NCBI GenBank assembly: GCA_016874915.1
Contig: VGSW01000001.1
Coordinates: 1 to 62,074, forward strand
DNA: 62,074 bases
Reading direction: 5' to 3'
DNA from: Deltaproteobacteria bacterium
Lineage (GTDB): Bacteria; Desulfobacterota; Desulfobaccia; Desulfobaccales; 0-14-0-80-60-11
The notes beneath the pieces were generated by a model, which made no database searches, was not told the origin of the DNA, and was given only the letters and a program-made list of their open reading frames with translations. Of this stretch, positions 29,788 through 38,412 are shown piece after piece (within the stretch, counting starts at the first letter, position 1; each line of letters opens with the position of its first letter). Both the position numbers and the translations under genes were made by a program.

Positions 29788-30267
29788 GTGCTTTCCGACT
29801 TAGAGAAAAAAGTGATCCTGGCCCTGCAGCGGGACCTGGACGTGATCCCCTGTCCCTTCCTGGAACTGGCGGAACAGGTGGGAGCGCCGGAAGAAGAACT
29901 GCTGGCCGCCATCCGCGGCCTGAAGGATAAGGGCTACATCCGCCGGTTCGGGGCCACCCTGCGCCACCAAAAGTCCGGTTACGCGGCTAACGCCCTGGTG
30001 GCTTGGGCCGTGGCCGAAGAGGATATACCCCGTATCGGCAAAAAAATGGCCTCCTACCGGGAGGTGTCCCACTGCTACGCCCGGAGGCCGGCCCCGTCCT
30101 GGCCCTATAATCTGTACACCATGGTCCACGGGCGCACCCGGGAAGACTGCGTGGCCACCGCAGCCCGCATGGCCGCGGACACCGGCCTCACCCAATATGA
30201 GATGCTCTTCAGCGAAACGGAATTGAAGAAAACCACCATGCGGTATTTTCGGGAGGAAGAGTTTTAA
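29788..30267 (+). CDS. AsnC/Lrp-fold protein resembling siroheme decarboxylase AhbA/AhbB (NirD/L/G/H family)
   Basis: 159 aa. LDVIPCPFLELAEQVG...IRRFGATLRHQKSGY...VSHCYAR...YNLYTMVH pattern. Next to hemL. GTG start. Confidence 0.55.
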   Translation: MLSDLEKKVILALQRDLDVIPCPFLELAEQVGAPEEELLAAIRGLKDKGYIRRFGATLRHQKSGYAANALVAWAVAEEDIPRIGKKMASYREVSHCYARRPAPSWPYNLYTMVHGRTREDCVATAARMAADTGLTQYEMLFSETELKKTTMRYFREEEF

Positions 30268-30321
30268 TCCACAGATTCCACAGATTATTTTAATCTGTGT
30301 CAATCTGTGAAATCTGTGGAC
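30267..30321. repeat. palindromic element, family ATCCACAGATT
   Basis: atccacagattccacagatt...aatctgtgtcaatctgtgaaatctgtggac. Begins at the last base of the ahb-like stop codon. Confidence 0.88.
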
Positions 30322-30340
30322 ATAAATTTAGGAGTCATCT

Positions 30341-31624
30341 ATGACCAGCACCGCCAATTCGGAGCGGATCTTTCAGGCCGCGCGGCAGCTGATGCCCGGC
30401 GGCGTCAACAGCCCGGTGCGGGCCTGGGGGGCCGTGGGCGGCTCGCCCCGGGTCATCGCCCAAGGGAAAGGCGCCCGGGTTTATGACGTGGATGGCAATT
30501 CCTACCTGGATTACATGGCCTCCTGGGGGCCGTTGATCCTGGGCCACGCCTATCCGCAGGTGGTGGCCGCGGTGAGCCGGGCCGCGGCCCTGGGCGCCAG
30601 CTTCGGAGCGCCCACCCCGGGGGAGGTGGAGTTGGCCCAGGTGCTGCTGGGCGCCGTGCCGGGCCTGGAAATGGTCCGCCTGGTGAGTTCCGGCACCGAG
30701 GCCTGCATGAGCGCCTTGAGATTGGCCCGGGGCGCCACCGGCCGCGATCGGGTCATCAAGTTCGACGGCTGCTACCACGGCCACGCCGACTCCTTCCTGG
30801 TGGCCGCGGGAAGCGGGGTCCTCACCCACGCCATCCCCGGCAGCCCCGGCGTGCCCCAACCAATCGCCGACCTGACCCTGTCCCTGCCATACAACGATTT
30901 GGACGCGGTGCGCCGGGCCTTTAAGGACCACTCCGGGGAATTCGCCGCGGTCATGGTGGAGCCGGTGGCCGGGAACATGGGGGTGGTGCCGCCTCAGCCG
31001 GGGTTTCTGGAGGGACTGCGGCAAATTTGCACCGAGTCCGGGACTCTCCTTATCCTGGATGAAGTAATCACCGGTTTCCGGGTGGGGTGGGGGGGCGCCC
31101 AAGCTCTTTACGGCATCAAACCCGACCTCACCTGCCTGGGGAAAATCGTGGGTGGCGGCCTGCCCCTGGCCGCGTACGGCGGCCGCCGGGACCTGATGAG
31201 CCAGATGGCCCCCGAAGGCCCTATCTATCAGGCCGGCACCCTTTCCGGCAATCCCGTGGCCGTGGCCGCGGGGCTGGCCACCCTGGCAGCCCTGGAGCAG
31301 CCCGGAGTGTATGAAGACCTGGAAGAAAAAGGCGCCTGGCTGGAAAATGAACTGACCCGGGCCGCGGCGAAGGCCAAGGTCCCGGTGACCCTCAACCGGG
31401 TGGGGTCCATGATGACCCTGTTCTTCACCGCCGGCCCGGTCACTAACCTGGAGGAGGCCAAGAAGTCCGACCTTAAGCGCTTTTCCAGGTTTTTCCAGGG
31501 CATGCTGGCGGAAGGGATTTATCTGCCGCCCTCCCAATTCGAGGCCTTTTTCATTTCCCTGGCCCACACCCCGAAAGACCTGGAATTCACCGCGGCCGCG
31601 GCCCGGCGGGTGTTGGCTCTGTAG
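30341..31624 (+). CDS. hemL: glutamate-1-semialdehyde 2,1-aminomutase
   Basis: 427 aa. MPGGVNSPVRAW, ILDEVITGFRVG, LGKIVGGGLP (PLP Lys). Confidence 0.93.
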   Translation: MTSTANSERIFQAARQLMPGGVNSPVRAWGAVGGSPRVIAQGKGARVYDVDGNSYLDYMASWGPLILGHAYPQVVAAVSRAAALGASFGAPTPGEVELAQVLLGAVPGLEMVRLVSSGTEACMSALRLARGATGRDRVIKFDGCYHGHADSFLVAAGSGVLTHAIPGSPGVPQPIADLTLSLPYNDLDAVRRAFKDHSGEFAAVMVEPVAGNMGVVPPQPGFLEGLRQICTESGTLLILDEVITGFRVGWGGAQALYGIKPDLTCLGKIVGGGLPLAAYGGRRDLMSQMAPEGPIYQAGTLSGNPVAVAAGLATLAALEQPGVYEDLEEKGAWLENELTRAAAKAKVPVTLNRVGSMMTLFFTAGPVTNLEEAKKSDLKRFSRFFQGMLAEGIYLPPSQFEAFFISLAHTPKDLEFTAAAARRVLAL

Positions 31625-31681
31625 TTGCCAGTGGTTAGGGGGCCGGCTTATCCCCCTCGAGACCACCCCCTTATTTATATA

Positions 31682-31789
31682 ATACCGTTTTCGGTTTTCG
31701 GTTTTCAGTTTTCAGTTTTCGGTTAAATAAAATTTTATTATCAATGAGTTAGCCATTGAATTAATTGCATCTGAAACTGAACTTGGTAT
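31682..31789 (+). mobile_element. MITE-like element ATACC...GGTAT
   Basis: ataccgttttcggttttcggttttcag...ttattatcaatgagttagccattga...gcatctgaaactgaacttggtat. Between the convergent hemL and diguanylate cyclase genes. Confidence 0.85.
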
Positions 31790-31796
31790 AACAGGT

Positions 31797-34385
31797 TCAC
31801 GCCAGATTAAGCTGGTGCTCCCTCGGCTCCTCCTCGGGTTGGCTGGCCGCCACCCGGTCCCGGCCGGCGTGCTTGGCCCGGTAAAGGGCCTTGTCCGCCT
31901 TGACAATAACCGCGTCGCCGCTGGCGCCATCATCAGGAAAGATGGCGACCCCGATGGACAGAGTGACAGTTTCCAGGGATTGACCCTGGTACGTCACCCG
32001 CACCTTTTTAAAATCCCTCCGTAATTTTTCCGCCCGCTGCAGGCAGGTTTTCAAGTCAGCCCCCGGCAGGATCAACAGGAATTCTTCCCCGCCATAGCGG
32101 CAGGCAATGTCTTCAGTGCGGACCTGCGACTGGAGGAAATTGCCCAGCACCCGCAGCAGTTCGTCTCCCGCATGATGACCATAGGAGTCGTTAAATCTCT
32201 TAAAATGGTCCAGGTCGATCATCAACATGCCCAACGGGGAGCCCAGGCGCTTTAAACGGTTGATTTCCCGTTCCACCATTTCTTCCATGTAACGGCGGTT
32301 GAACAGGCCGGTGAGGGAGTCCCGGATGGCCTGGGTGCGCAGGGTTTCCCGCAGCCGCAAATTGCCCACCGCCAGAGAAATATGCTCGGCCACGGACACG
32401 GCCAAGCGCTTCTTATCTTCTTCGGGAAAATCCGCCTCGCCTGGGGTTTCGGCGGGGTGGCAAAAATTCAGGCGCAGGTGCAGGCATCCCAGGGCGTCTC
32501 CCTGGGCCACCAGGGGCACACACAAATAGCAGTCGATTTCCGGAGAGACATGGGGACAAGGCAAGCCGTCCTGGTGGTCCTTCACCCGGTGCACCCGGCC
32601 CCGCCTGGTGGCCCAACAATCGTCCGGCGGAAAATCAGCCTCCCGGGGAGGGGCCGCGCCCCAAAAAGCCACCATCTCCAGTAAGTTCCGGGAGTTGTTG
32701 AGAATATACAAAGCCCCGGAGTCCGCGGAAAATAACCTGGGGCTGAAACTGCAAACCGCGGCGTAAGCTTCCTCGAAAGAGTGGCACGACTGCAGGAGGT
32801 CGCTCATTTCATTGACGAGGGTGATCTTCCGGGTCTGCTCCCGAGAATCCTTGACCGCGGTTTGGAGCCGGGCGTTAAGTTCCTGCAATTCCACCTCCGT
32901 CCTTTTGCGCTCGCTGATGTCCATCAGCACTCCCTGGAGAAAGATAGGGCGGCCTTCCTGGTCTCTCACCACCCGGGTATCATCCCGGACCCAGACCGGT
33001 CGGCCGGAACGGGACAGGAGCCGGTATTCGGCGACAAAGGGCTCGCCGGTCTCATGACTCCGAGACAGCAGGGCCCGGACCTGCTCCTGGTCTTCGGGAT
33101 GAAGCTGCTTGCTCCACATTTCCGGTTCACTCTGCCACTCCGCGGCCGTAAAGCCCAATAAAGTCTCTATTTGGGGACTGATATATATGGTGGTATTGAC
33201 TTCATCCAGGGCCGCCATGTAAGCCACTGCGGGGATCTGCTCCACCAGGGTGCGATACTTGAATTCCGACTCCTGCAGGGCTTCCAGGGCCTGCCGTCGC
33301 TCCAACTCGCGTTGCTCAAGGGCGGCGGCCATATGGTCCAGGGCCTGGCCCAACTGGCCCAGCTCTCCCTTCTCCTTTCCCAGAGCCGTCCTGGCCTCCA
33401 AATCACCGGCTGCCAGCCGCTGGGCGGTGGTTCGAAAGATCTTTATCCGCCGGATGATAAGGATCCGGCCCAGGGGCAAGGCGATGAACAGGGTGAAGCC
33501 CACCGCTCCCGCCAGGGCCACCAGGTTGCGGATAAGAGTGCGCTCGGAAGGCCCAAATACCGCGTCAGTGGGAATCCCCAGGTATAAAAATCCTTTTTGA
33601 GGCAAGGCTTCCAGGGGCTGGAAAGCGTACAGACGGGGGACGCCGTCCATTCCCCGGGCCTCCGCCACTCCCCTTTCCTGCTCCATAATTATTTTAACCA
33701 CCTGAGCCCCGGCCATGGTTTTTCCCACCCATTTCTCCGGGTCGAGATACCGGAACAGGATATTGCCCTGTGAGTCAATAATGGTAAGATTGGCCTCGGG
33801 AGTCATATTGGTGAAGGGAAACAGTTCTCTGAGCCAGGCCAGGTCCAGGGCGGCAAAGACCACGGCCTCCACTTCCCCGGCTTTGTTCAAGGCCGGATAG
33901 GCACAGAGCATGGTGGCCTTGCCGGTTATCCGGCCTATCTGAAGTTCTCCTACGGCAAAATCTTTGGTCTGCAGGACCCGTTGAAACCAGTTTCGGTCAG
34001 TACTGAATACCGGGGTTTTCATGGGCTGGGCGCTGCAAAAAATAAAGCCCTCCCAATTCATCGCGCCCAGATTGCCATACAATCCCGGGTGTTTTTCCAA
34101 AATGCTGGCGAAAAAGGCCGAACATTTTTCCGCCTCTTTGCTCTGCACCGCGGGATAGTGGGCCAGGGAAGCCAACAGCTGGTGAGTCATTTTTAAAGTG
34201 TTTTCGAAGTTCCAGGAAAATTCCTTGACCAGCCGGAGAATCTCTTCCTGGGCGGCGTTGGCGGCCTGGCGGCGTTGCTCCAGCCCGTTGTATAGAATCA
34301 GCCCTAACCCCGGGGACGCGGCCAGAAAGACCAGCAGGGCGATGCGGAATAGCAGGCTGTTTAAAAATTTGGCCAAGGCAACCAT
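31797..34385 (-). CDS. sensor diguanylate cyclase (TM-Cache-HAMP-PAS-GAF-GGDEF)
   Basis: 862 aa. HAMP (LAAGDLEAR...), PAS (FKYRTLVEQIPAVAY...), GAF, and active-site RYGGEEF. Confidence 0.87.
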   Translation of the reverse strand: MVALAKFLNSLLFRIALLVFLAASPGLGLILYNGLEQRRQAANAAQEEILRLVKEFSWNFENTLKMTHQLLASLAHYPAVQSKEAEKCSAFFASILEKHPGLYGNLGAMNWEGFIFCSAQPMKTPVFSTDRNWFQRVLQTKDFAVGELQIGRITGKATMLCAYPALNKAGEVEAVVFAALDLAWLRELFPFTNMTPEANLTIIDSQGNILFRYLDPEKWVGKTMAGAQVVKIIMEQERGVAEARGMDGVPRLYAFQPLEALPQKGFLYLGIPTDAVFGPSERTLIRNLVALAGAVGFTLFIALPLGRILIIRRIKIFRTTAQRLAAGDLEARTALGKEKGELGQLGQALDHMAAALEQRELERRQALEALQESEFKYRTLVEQIPAVAYMAALDEVNTTIYISPQIETLLGFTAAEWQSEPEMWSKQLHPEDQEQVRALLSRSHETGEPFVAEYRLLSRSGRPVWVRDDTRVVRDQEGRPIFLQGVLMDISERKRTEVELQELNARLQTAVKDSREQTRKITLVNEMSDLLQSCHSFEEAYAAVCSFSPRLFSADSGALYILNNSRNLLEMVAFWGAAPPREADFPPDDCWATRRGRVHRVKDHQDGLPCPHVSPEIDCYLCVPLVAQGDALGCLHLRLNFCHPAETPGEADFPEEDKKRLAVSVAEHISLAVGNLRLRETLRTQAIRDSLTGLFNRRYMEEMVEREINRLKRLGSPLGMLMIDLDHFKRFNDSYGHHAGDELLRVLGNFLQSQVRTEDIACRYGGEEFLLILPGADLKTCLQRAEKLRRDFKKVRVTYQGQSLETVTLSIGVAIFPDDGASGDAVIVKADKALYRAKHAGRDRVAASQPEEEPREHQLNLA

Positions 34386-34486
34386 CCCTTTTCGTTAGCT
34401 TCTTATCGGCCTTTAAAAATATTTTCGTGAAGACTTTATTATCGTTAGCGACCGCATTGAAATGAAAAAAGCAGACATGCCATGAG

Positions 34487-34640
34487 TAGCACAGGCTTCC
34501 AGCCTGTGGGGAAGTCGCTGGAGAGAACAGACAGCGCCCCAGGCCAGAAGCTGGTGCCACTATTTTTTTAGTTAATGACTTCGAACTAGAGATATTTTTC
34601 TCTATTGCGCCCTCCCGAGCTTCCTTTTCGGACCACTGGC
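34487..34640 (+). repeat. ~155-nt composite element: two hairpins + T-run + conserved tail
   Basis: Aligns over its length with 48428-48585. Confidence 0.8.
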
Positions 34641-34779
34641 AATAATCGATTTTGTATTCCCGAATACCCTTTTCATACCGCCTGACTCTTTTCCAATAAA
34701 TAAATAGTGTCTGTCCCCCTTTTTTCCTTTTTCCGCCCTTTTTCCGAGCTGGAGCTTGGGAACTGAGGAGAAAGGGGGA

Positions 34780-34894
34780 GCGGGTTAGCGGGTTGGCTCT
34801 TGGCAGGTGTCTGGGTTTTGCTATCATCCCTTTGCTGGTCATCCGTTAACTGCCAACGGCTAACCCGCCAAACCGCTGAACCGCCAAACCGCCA
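34780..34894. repeat. palindromic element, family GCGGTTCAGCGG / AACCGCTAAACCGC
   Basis: Upstream of polA. Confidence 0.8.
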
Positions 34895-34940
34895 CCCCGA
34901 CCCCATTGACAATATGTCCCTAACGCATTAGGCTAACCGC

Positions 34941-37892
34941 ATGGCCGAAGAACCCCGGGTCCTATATCTCATTGACATCAGTTCCTATTTTTACCGGGCC
35001 TTTCATGCCATCCGGGGCCTGTCCACCTCCAAGGGCTTCCCCACCAACGCGGCGTTTGGCGTGACCAACATGCTCCTCAAAGTGCTGCGGGAGCGCCAGC
35101 CCCAATATTTGGCCCTGGTCTTTGATTCCAAGGCCCCCACCGTCCGCCATAAGCGCTACCCCGAGTATAAGGCCCACCGTCCGCCCATGCCCGAGGAGCT
35201 GGTGATGCAGCTCCCCTACATTCATAAGATTATAAAAGCCTTAAACCTGCCGGCCCTGGAGCTGGAAGGGTTTGAGGCCGACGACCTCATCTGCACCCTG
35301 GCGAAGAAGGCCCTGGACCAGGGTTTCCAGGTGGAGATCATCAGCGGCGACCGGGACCTGCTCCCTTGCGTCACGGCAGGGGTGGACATGTGGGATCCCA
35401 TGAAGGAGACCCGCTATGACCCGCAAGCCATCCGGGAGAAATACGGGCTGGAGCCGGAGCAGTTGGTGGACGTCAAATCCCTGGCCGGAGACCCCAGCGA
35501 CAATATCCCCGGGGTGCCGGGCATCGGGGAGAAGACCGCGCTCAAGCTCATCAGCCAATACCATAGCCTGGAAAACCTCCTGGCCCATGTGGACGAGATC
35601 AAGGAGAAATCCTTAAAGGCCCGCCTGAAAGAACATGCCGACCAGGCCCGCCTGAGCCGGGAGCTGGTGCTCCTGAACGAGAGCGTCCCCTTGCCGGTGG
35701 ACCCGGAGGCCCTCCACCCCGGGGCGCCGGACCGGGAGGCTTTGCGCCAACTATTCGTGGAGTTAGAGTTCAGCAAGTTTACCAAGGAACTGGGGTTTGA
35801 CCTGCCGGCGGCGGAGGCTTGTTTTCTGGCCCGTGGGGTGGAAGACCTGGAGGGGGTGGCCAGGGGGATAAGAGAAACCGGGGAGATGGGGATTTTTTTC
35901 ATCACCGCGGAACAGCACCCGGTGATGGCCGCGGTGGCGGGGGTGGGCCTGTCCTGGCACCCAGAGGAGGCGGCCTACGTTCCTTTGGAAGATATTACTA
36001 GGAACGGAAAAGAAGTTCCTTCACCCCCACCCCAGCCCTCCCCCCTCAAGGGGGAGGGGGTTAAAGGAAGCCTCTTCGGGGAGGGGGGAAAAGGAAGCCT
36101 CAGTGGGGCGGGGGTTGAAGGAATTCTCACCTCAGAAGGAGTTAAAGGAAGCCTCAAGGGGGAGGGGATTATACCAAGTTCGGTTTCTGGTGCAACAAAT
36201 CAAATTACTAACCTATTGATAATTAATAATTTATTAACCGAAAACCGAAAACCGAAAACCGAAAACGGTATTATTAAAGGAAACCTCACCGCGGGAATCT
36301 GGGAAAAATTAGGGCCCATGTGGGCGGACCCCGGGGTCCGTAAGATTGGCCCGGACCTGAAGGCCGCGGCAGTGCTAGGCCGCCGCTTCGGCCAGGACCT
36401 GGCCGGAATCACCGGCGACATCCTGCTGGCTTCCTACCTCCTCAACCCCGCCCGGTATGAACAGACCCTGGAGAACGTGGCCCTGCACCATCTGGGGATT
36501 AACCTCCCCGGCCCCAAGGACCTTACCGGGCGGCCGACGGCCGCCGCGGACCTCCCCCGCGACCTGGCCTGCCAATACGCCGCGGCCCGGGCCCAGGCGA
36601 GTTTAAATCTCTGGCCGCGGCTTAAAGCCCAATTGGAAAAAGAGGGCCTCTGGGACCTTTATCGCCAATTGGAGCTGCCGCTGCTGGCCGTCCTGGCCCG
36701 CATGGAGGAACGGGGCATCCTGGTGGACCAGGAATTTTTAAGGCGTTTCGGGCAAGACCTGGAAGTCCAGATGGCGCGCCTGGAACAGGAGATCTACGCC
36801 CTGGCGGGGGAGACCTTTCTGATTAACTCTCCCCAGCAACTCAGCCGCATCCTCTTTGACAAATTGAAAATCACCCCCCAGAAAAAGACCAAGGGCAAAA
36901 CCGCTTACTCCACCGACATGGAGGTGCTCCAGAGCCTGGCCCCGGAGGCGCCCATTGCCGCCAAGGTATTGGAGTACCGCGGCATGGGGAAACTCAAGGC
37001 GACTTACGTGGACGCGTTGCTGAAACTGGTGAATCCCGCCACCGACCGGGTGCACACCACCTTCCTGCAGTCCGTGGCCGCCACCGGACGCCTCTCCAGC
37101 CGGGACCCCAATCTGCAGAACATCCCGGTGCGGGGCGAACTGGGGGGCCAGCTCCGCCAGGCCTTCATACCTCCCCCGGGATGGGTTTTCCTGAGCGCGG
37201 ATTATTCCCAGATGGAGCTGCGGCTGCTGGCCCACTTCTCCGAAGACCCGGCCCTGCTTCGGGCCTTTCAGGAAAAGGTGGACATCCACCGGCAGACCGC
37301 CGCGGTGGTCTTCAATATCCACCCCGAACTGGTGACTTCGGAGATGCGCCGCCAAGCCAAGGTGGTGAACTTCGGCATCATCTACGGCATGAGCCCCTTC
37401 GGCCTGGCCAAACAGTTGGGGGTGGGAACCCGCATCGCCCACGAGTTCATCCAGCGGTATTTTGCCCGACACACCCAGGTCAAAGCCTACCTGGACCGAA
37501 CCCTGGAGGAGGCCCAGAAGCAGGGCTGGGTGACCACCCTATTGGGGCGGCGGCGCCAGATTCCCCAGATTAACAGCGCCAACCGCATCCTCCGCCAGGA
37601 GGCGGAGCGCGCCGCCATCAACACGCCGCTCCAGGGCACCGCGGCGGACATCATCAAGAAAGCCATGATCCAGGTGGAGGCGTATTTGCAAGAGGCGAAC
37701 CTGAAAGGGAGGATGCTGCTTCAGCTTCATGACGAGCTTCTGTTTGAGGCGCCCCGGGAAGAACTCCCGGAAACGGCCCGGCGGGTGCGCCGGGTCATGG
37801 AAGGGGTGGTGGAGTTGCGCGTCCCCCTGGTGGTGGATTTGCGCCAGGGCCACAACTGGGGAGAGATGTATCTACTGGATAAATCAATATAA
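34941..37892 (+). CDS. polA: DNA polymerase I, carrying an in-frame ~100-codon repeat-derived insertion
   Basis: 5'-nuclease domain (LIDISSYFYRAFHA, GDPSDNIPGVPGIGEKTA). Pol motifs A (LSADYSQMELRLLAH), B (RRQAKVVNFGIIYGMS) and C (LQLHDELLFE). 983 aa. Confidence 0.93.
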   Translation: MAEEPRVLYLIDISSYFYRAFHAIRGLSTSKGFPTNAAFGVTNMLLKVLRERQPQYLALVFDSKAPTVRHKRYPEYKAHRPPMPEELVMQLPYIHKIIKALNLPALELEGFEADDLICTLAKKALDQGFQVEIISGDRDLLPCVTAGVDMWDPMKETRYDPQAIREKYGLEPEQLVDVKSLAGDPSDNIPGVPGIGEKTALKLISQYHSLENLLAHVDEIKEKSLKARLKEHADQARLSRELVLLNESVPLPVDPEALHPGAPDREALRQLFVELEFSKFTKELGFDLPAAEACFLARGVEDLEGVARGIRETGEMGIFFITAEQHPVMAAVAGVGLSWHPEEAAYVPLEDITRNGKEVPSPPPQPSPLKGEGVKGSLFGEGGKGSLSGAGVEGILTSEGVKGSLKGEGIIPSSVSGATNQITNLLIINNLLTENRKPKTENGIIKGNLTAGIWEKLGPMWADPGVRKIGPDLKAAAVLGRRFGQDLAGITGDILLASYLLNPARYEQTLENVALHHLGINLPGPKDLTGRPTAAADLPRDLACQYAAARAQASLNLWPRLKAQLEKEGLWDLYRQLELPLLAVLARMEERGILVDQEFLRRFGQDLEVQMARLEQEIYALAGETFLINSPQQLSRILFDKLKITPQKKTKGKTAYSTDMEVLQSLAPEAPIAAKVLEYRGMGKLKATYVDALLKLVNPATDRVHTTFLQSVAATGRLSSRDPNLQNIPVRGELGGQLRQAFIPPPGWVFLSADYSQMELRLLAHFSEDPALLRAFQEKVDIHRQTAAVVFNIHPELVTSEMRRQAKVVNFGIIYGMSPFGLAKQLGVGTRIAHEFIQRYFARHTQVKAYLDRTLEEAQKQGWVTTLLGRRRQIPQINSANRILRQEAERAAINTPLQGTAADIIKKAMIQVEAYLQEANLKGRMLLQLHDELLFEAPREELPETARRVRRVMEGVVELRVPLVVDLRQGHNWGEMYLLDKSI
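36057..36164 (+). repeat. four tandem 27-nt units (GGGGTTAAAGGAAGCCTC...) inside polA
   Basis: Units at 36057, 36084, 36111 and 36138 encode GVKGSLFGE/GGKGSLSGA/GVEGILTSE/GVKGSLKGE. A degenerate fifth unit resumes at 36274, after the MITE. Confidence 0.85.
36171..36271 (-). mobile_element. MITE-like element ATACC...GGTAT, inside the polA reading frame
   Basis: Its reverse complement matches the other copies end to end (ataccgttttcggttttcgg...ttatcaataggttagtaat...accagaaaccgaacttggtat). Confidence 0.85.
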
Positions 37893-37985
37893 TTAGGTAA
37901 CTATTTGATATATTTGTATTATATATTTTTATCGAAAAAAAGATGCAAAAAGTAAAAAAAAATAGCTGGGAGGCCATAATTTTTC

Positions 37986-38014
37986 TTGATATTTTGCGGG
38001 CACTATTATTAAAT
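37986..38014 (+). promoter_or_regulatory. candidate sigma70-type promoter of the lpp-like genes
   Basis: TTGATA-17 nt-TTAAAT in an AT-rich tract about 50 nt upstream of ATG 38064. Confidence 0.35.
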
Positions 38015-38063
38015 TGTGGGCAACTTACTAACCTTCAACCATTTCTTTGAGAAGGGGGGATAG

Positions 38064-38354
38064 ATGATGAGGAAATTGGTAAGGAAGGGCTTTGCTTTGG
38101 CGATGCTCATGGCCTTTGTGGTGGCCATGGGAGCGGGCTGCTGCGACGTCTGCAAGAAAAACGTAGACGAAGCCAAGATGTACGCCGATCAAGCGGCGGC
38201 CTCGGCTTCTAAGGCGGACAGCGCGGCGCGGAACGCCGAAATGGCGGCTGCTGATGCTAAGGCTTCGGCGGATAAGGCTGAGGCTGCGGCGGATCGGGCT
38301 GAGGCTGCGGCTGCAAAAGCTGAGGCCTGCCTGATGAAGAAGATGCGGAAGTAA
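38064..38354 (+). CDS. OprI/Lpp-like alanine-rich lipoprotein ending in Lys
   Basis: Signal plus ..GAGC lipobox-like Cys. Ala/Asp/Lys-rich helix (ADQAAASASKADSAARNAEMAAADAKASADKAEAAADRAEAAAAKAE). C-terminus KKMRK. Confidence 0.6.
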   Translation: MMRKLVRKGFALAMLMAFVVAMGAGCCDVCKKNVDEAKMYADQAAASASKADSAARNAEMAAADAKASADKAEAAADRAEAAAAKAEACLMKKMRK

Positions 38355-38412
38355 AGCACCTGGGTACATCACTACTGGAGAGTGTGGTTCTCTCTCCGAA
38401 AGGGGGTAATCG

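Noticed and set aside
30335-31666. 443-aa minus-strand ORF
   Set aside because: It is exactly antisense to hemL. It has typical high-GC antisense composition (G/R/P/H-rich). The same reasoning applies to 1688..2467, 2629..3363, 8962..9873, 16897..17787, 19242..20132, 43736..44779, 46121..46921, 46543..47337 and 61022..61744.
33997-34842. 281-aa minus-strand ORF overlapping the diguanylate cyclase N-terminus and the upstream spacer
   Set aside because: It is out of frame with a well-supported sensor gene. Its upstream half is translated from repeat elements (34487-34894).
36171-36271. Intein or extra folded domain as an explanation for the polA insert
   Set aside because: There is no Cys/Ser/Thr at an N-extein junction, no HN C-terminal motif and no endonuclease blocks. 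The DNA is a copy of an intergenic repeat element.
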